Positions 51,153 to 55,835 of a DNA stretch of 55,835 nucleotides are shown piece by piece. Both the position numbers and the translations under genes were made by a program. Source of the stretch: Octopus bimaculoides (lineage: Eukaryota); assembly GCF_001194135.2 (NCBI RefSeq), contig NC_068984.1, positions 68,722,734-68,778,568 of the forward strand, read 5' to 3'. The stretch's first letter is position 1, and each line of letters starts with the position of its first letter. The notes under the pieces were generated by a model that saw nothing but the letters and a program-made list of their open reading frames with translations, ran no database searches and was not told the origin of the DNA.

Positions 51153-51872
51153 CATATATTTATACACATATCTGTATGTATGCATACATATGAATACATG
51201 AATTCAGTTTTGCATATTTGCATATTTCTGTATTTATTTATGTGTTGCTTCTTCTTATTATGGTTTCAGCCTATCTTATCTATATTTCGAGATCATAAAA
51301 GCTAATTATCTTGCCTGTAACAAAGAGGCAGCAATGCAATACATTATTAAAGTGAACATAATTCTCAACAGGAGAACCTTTTAATCATACAGTACTTTTT
51401 ATATGGAAGATCTCATACAGAGACGCTCAAACATTGACACTTAGCTTAGAAAGTGATATCTAAAATTGATATTTAATATCACAACACTCCTCAACTTTCA
51501 AAAGACAGAAACAAAACTTTAAGCTAATTATAAAAAATAAATGAAAGAAACACTCCTATCGAAATTTGCTGTAGGGAAGCACGATGACTATCAAGATGAA
51601 ATATGATACTACGAAGTCATAACCTAAGTTCAAATACTTTAACATATTTTATTGCTTTTCTGAGTGAAAGGCCCTTATTCTGTATTGCTTGTTATTCATC
51701 TAGTTTTATTATCTGATGAGGTCTACAATCAAACTGAAACATGCTTGAGGCTGCCCTCTGTACTTGCTTAAATAATTAATTATTTTTAACATTAATCGTT
51801 AATAATACTTGTAAATGTAGCTATGTGATAAGAAGATTCTTTCTCAACTATATTGCTTTGTGTTTAGTTTTT

Positions 51873-52015
51873 CTGCATAACACCTTGGGTAAGTGTTGTC
51901 TACTTATAGTAGACAACGCTTACCCAAGGTGCTATGCAGTAAAACTTAGGCTGACCAAAGCCTTGTGATTGAATTACTGGATTTGCTAGATGGGAACTGT
52001 ATGTAGCCCATCATG
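51873..52015 (+). mobile_element. Rearranged SINE family A fragment containing a 32-bp inverted duplication
   Basis: Arms 51873-51904 and 51908-51939 match 30/32; the SINE resumes with GGCTGACCAAAGCCTTGTG. Confidence 0.85.
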
Positions 52016-52025
52016 AATATACATA

Positions 52026-52425
52026 GGCGTTGGAATGGCTGTGTGGTAAGTAGCTTGCTTACCAACCACATGGTTCTGGGTTCAGTCCCACTGCGTAGCA
52101 CCTTGGGTAAGTGTCTTCTACTATAGCCTCGGGCCGACCAAAGCCTTGTGAGTGGATTTGGTAGACAGAAACTGAAAGAAGACTGTCGTATATATGTATA
52201 TATATAAATATATATATGTGCGTGTGTGTGTGTGTGTATGTTTGTATGTCTGTGTTTGTCCTCCCAACATCGCTGGTGTTTCGATCCCCGTAACTTAGCG
52301 GTTCAGCAAAAGAGACCGATAGAATAAGTACTAGGCTTACAAAAAATAAATCTTGGGGTCGACTTGCTTGACTAAAGGCGATGCTCCAGTATGGCCACAG
52401 TCAAATGACTGAAACAAGTAAAAGA
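52026..52425 (+). mobile_element. SINE family A, best-preserved full composite copy
   Basis: A box TGGCTGTGTGG, B box GGTTCAGTCCC, ACCTTGGGTAAG (similar to the CORE-SINE CCTTGGGCAAG motif), internal (TA)n(TG)n, tail with 3' hairpin CAGTCA-AA-TGACTG. Possible TATACAT TSD at 52018-24 and 52427-33 (weak). Confidence 0.92.
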
Positions 52426-52467
52426 GTATACATTTATATGTGTGTGTGTGTGTGTCTATGTTAGTCC

Positions 52468-52655
52468 CCCACTGCCACTTGACAGCCACTGATGGTTTGT
52501 TTACATCCCTGTAAATTAGTAGTTAGGTAACATAGACTAATAGAATAAGTAACAGACTTAAGAAAGATAAGTACTGGTACTGATTTCCACAATTCAGCCC
52601 TTCAAATCAGTACCTCAGCATGGTCATAGTCCAATGACTGAGACAGATAAAAGAT
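52468..52655 (+). mobile_element. Diverged SINE family A tail module
   Basis: CACTTGACAGCCACTGATGGTTTGTTTACATCCCTGTAA...CCAATGACTGAGACAG. Confidence 0.7.
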
Positions 52656-54847
52656 TAATATTGTTTTGCTTCGTTTTGTTTTGCTCAATGCATAATTATT
52701 TCCAGTTAACTTTCTCCATGCTTCCTGCAATAAATATGTTAAAACTAACATAACTTTGTGTCATGTCTGTGATGAAATTTATCTCTCAACTGCATAATTT
52801 AATTTAACCATAACTGAAAGTCCTCTTTAAGTACCTTTTAGTGTTGGAAAAAGATTTTATATTGCATTATAACATATTCTATTGTTCACTAAGAAGGCAT
52901 GTTTGGCTTACTAATAATTTTGCTGAGAGTTATAATGCCATGAGTTCAGTTGCTGCACTGGTAGCACATTGTGTCTTTGAACAAAGCATTTCATTTAATG
53001 CTACTATAGTTAACTCAACTAAAAGAATGTTTTACTTGGTCGAGGATGAGAGTGTGTCTATGTCTGCTCACAATTACATGATACAACTACATGGAACCTT
53101 AAAAACATTTGAAGAAAACATGGTACATCATATCAAGTCATAGGTACTTGTGAGTGATAATGAAAGTTTATTGTTCATTGTATTCTTCTCTAACAAACCA
53201 TGTCAACTAAAAATTCAATAACATTCGTAATATACATTTTCTATTCATATACAAAAATAGACAGACATAAATTTATATCTAAGAATCCATTTTCATTAAA
53301 AACATAGGATAACTAAAACTTAAAAATATATCGTTAATAATATCAATATCATATTTTAGCTGCATAAACACAGAACTTTGTTCTTTATGCCAAGTCAATG
53401 AATGATTTTCAGGAAAAGTTTTAAAGCCTGAAAAAATATTCCATAAATAAAATTTCTAAAACAATAAGGTTTTGGTTGTGTGTGGTAGCTTGCAAAATAA
53501 TTGTGCAATTCGACATAAATTAGTTGTTTTTATGAGGTATAATTCTTACCAACAATCTAAAATTCTGAAAGCTTGTATCATATATTATGGCATTTGTTCA
53601 TATTCTTAACATTATGAGTTAAGATCTTGTTGAGGTCAGTTCTGTTTCTCATTCTTTCAACATAGATAAAATAAAGTACCTGTCAAGTACTGGGAATTAT
53701 GGTATTTGACTAACCCTCTACATTCAAAATTGTTGGCCAATTCTCTAAATCAAAAAAATTCATGAAGTGTGAAGGGAAACCAAGGCTTCAGACGAGGCAG
53801 ATGTAAAGGAGTAAATAGTAAGGAAGTTTACAGGCAACTGAAATTAAATATGTACCACACAGATAGATTTGTTGTATCAAAAGATATAGTTCAAAAAGCT
53901 AGCAAAGGAATTTTGTGCTGGAGGGTGTTATAATAACTGTATAGTAACTAAACCAAAATATTCAAATTGACAACTTTATTCGGTGCAAAACAAGATGAGT
54001 AGTTAAAAGGTTTGCTTCACAACTGTTTGATTCTAGGTTTCATTCCTCAATATGTGACACTGGATTTTTGACTATTGCTGATGTTTAAGACAAAAGATTT
54101 TGAGTGAACTGAATGAAAGTCTGTCCTGTGGACTACATGCAATCTCAGTGAAAGTACACTCAATCTGTGACCGGTGTAATACCACTACCTGGCCTTTTTT
54201 ATAGGCTGCAAAATTTCTCAGTTCTAAAGAAAGGCTCCAGCTATCTCTCTTCAGATAGAGACAAAAGTCACAAAATAACTTTGGGCACTTCTTTGTTACC
54301 ATGTAAGCAATGCTTAAAAGTGAAAACAATATGGGGTCTCTTCCCCACCAACAAAAGATAGACTGAATAGGATAAGCTTAGAGAATACAAGGCATTATAA
54401 TTGTGAGACATAAGCATTTAGTGTGTAAGGTTTGTGCCAGGTGGGAGAGCAGTCAGCTGAAAATTCAAAGGTTGCATAGAGTATTGTGAAGTAATGTATT
54501 GTTGATTGATTGACAGATTACAAGTGAGATGAGAAAATGGTAAGACCTAAAAGACAGAACTGAAAGAGTGGAAGAGACATAGTGGTTCTGTGTTGACAGA
54601 TGGTTATGATTCTGCAATGCGTGATTTTGACAACAGCTAAGTTAATATGTGCTGTAGGCTGATGGTATGAGTTATCCTGTGGCAAAGAAGGAAGTACAAG
54701 GGGGATATAGAGGAAATTGGTAAAGGTATATCTATAGATGTGAATACTTATAAATGAGGTGGCACATGATGAAAGAAAATAGTGAAAAGGATAACCTCCC
54801 TATACTGCAAACTTATCTAACCCATGCAAGGGAAAATGAAAAACAAA

Positions 54848-54958
54848 ATGATGATGGCACTGGTGATGATGATGATAATGATGATGATGAGGAGGGGGAG
54901 GACGATGATGATGACGAAGATGATGACGACAACGACGACGACGATGATGATGATGATA
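54848..54958. repeat. (GAT/GAC)n trinucleotide repeat
   Basis: Direct reading; produces the poly-Asp ORF 54754-54993. Confidence 0.92.
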
Positions 54959-55835
54959 TATCTCAATGCCTTATAGCCCTACAACCCAATTAGCAAGAGA
55001 ATTACAAAAAAATTAAGAAAATGCCTTTCTGTGTTTGTGTGGTGGTATATATGTTACAATCTATATGTATGAATATATACAACCATATACACATATATAT
55101 GTATGAATCTATACATACGCACATACACATGTATGAATATATATATACATGAACACATAAATATGATGAATATATACATACATACACATATAAATATATA
55201 TATATATATATATGAATGTATATGTGTATGTTTATGTATGTGTGTATGCATACATGAGTATGTCTGTGGTACGTGAGAATGTGCATAAAAAGAAAGATAT
55301 TCTTTTGTATATACGAACGTTTCTGAGATTTTCTCCCTCATTAGCGCACCAGAATAACAAAAAAAAAACCCAGTAAAAAACAAATATAAAAGGGTAATAG
55401 CAAAGCAAAATAAGTCTTCATTCTATCTATGTTGTTTTGGGGCCACCAGAATGTTTCCAGATATTAAAATTCCATCATTATACATAAAAAAAAGCATTCC
55501 AGAAAATCCTCAAAAAAAAAAAATTTTTAAATAAATAAATAAAATCAGCACAAAGACATTGCAGTCAGAAAATTTTGTAACTTTATTGCTTTGTAAGAGA
55601 AGACCTTGTTTACTTCATGTACAATACAGAGAGGAAAAACAAAAAAATTAGATAAGAAAACTTCCGTTTTCAAATCATGCTTTATTATTTTAATTCTCGT
55701 GTCATGGTGACCTAAAACAGCATCTAAGAAATGAGAAAATAATGCTTTAGCATATAAGAGATTTATTTTTATCAACATTGTCTGAATGCATACAGAAATA
55801 TATGTATATTTATGTATGTGTATACATATATATAT

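Noticed and set aside
52841-53143. 100-aa ORF in non-repetitive sequence
   Set aside because: No recognisable motif, non-ATG start and no clear splice sites; the ATSAATE hAT-like match on minus is too short to trust.
54754-54993. Acidic poly-Asp ORF
   Set aside because: Explained by a (GAT/GAC)n repeat; no splice or homology support.

Overview
AT-rich eukaryotic non-coding DNA, very dense in microsatellites, with 11 assembly gaps (about 2.8 kb of N). The repeat content looks like an octopus (coleoid cephalopod) draft genome; this is an inference from recalled repeat motifs, not a search result. I found no convincing host protein-coding gene, rRNA, true tRNA or CRISPR array. Almost all ORFs in the track are microsatellite, gap or SINE artefacts. 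What the sequence does support is a transposon graveyard. (1) A Merlin (IS1595/ISXO2-like) DNA transposon with TIRs, an 8-bp TSD and a decayed transposase C-terminus, plus a separate 236-bp Merlin-type MITE; both carry internal TTAGGG-like repeats. (2) Two DD37D/maT-type Tc1/mariner relics, a mariner N-terminal fragment and a 124-bp TA-flanked MITE. (3) A piggyBac-like MITE. (4) A Ty3/gypsy integrase fragment with PPT and 3' LTR. (5) A CR1/L2-type LINE 3' end. (6) More than 30 copies of three tRNA-derived SINE families, labelled A, B and C here. The most interesting observations are the telomere-like cores of the Merlin elements, a compact promoter-motif cluster inside Merlin, a 32-bp-stem hairpin made from a SINE, a stem-loop module shared by two SINE families, a recurrent dimeric SINE junction and two hammerhead-like relics. 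None is proven functional.
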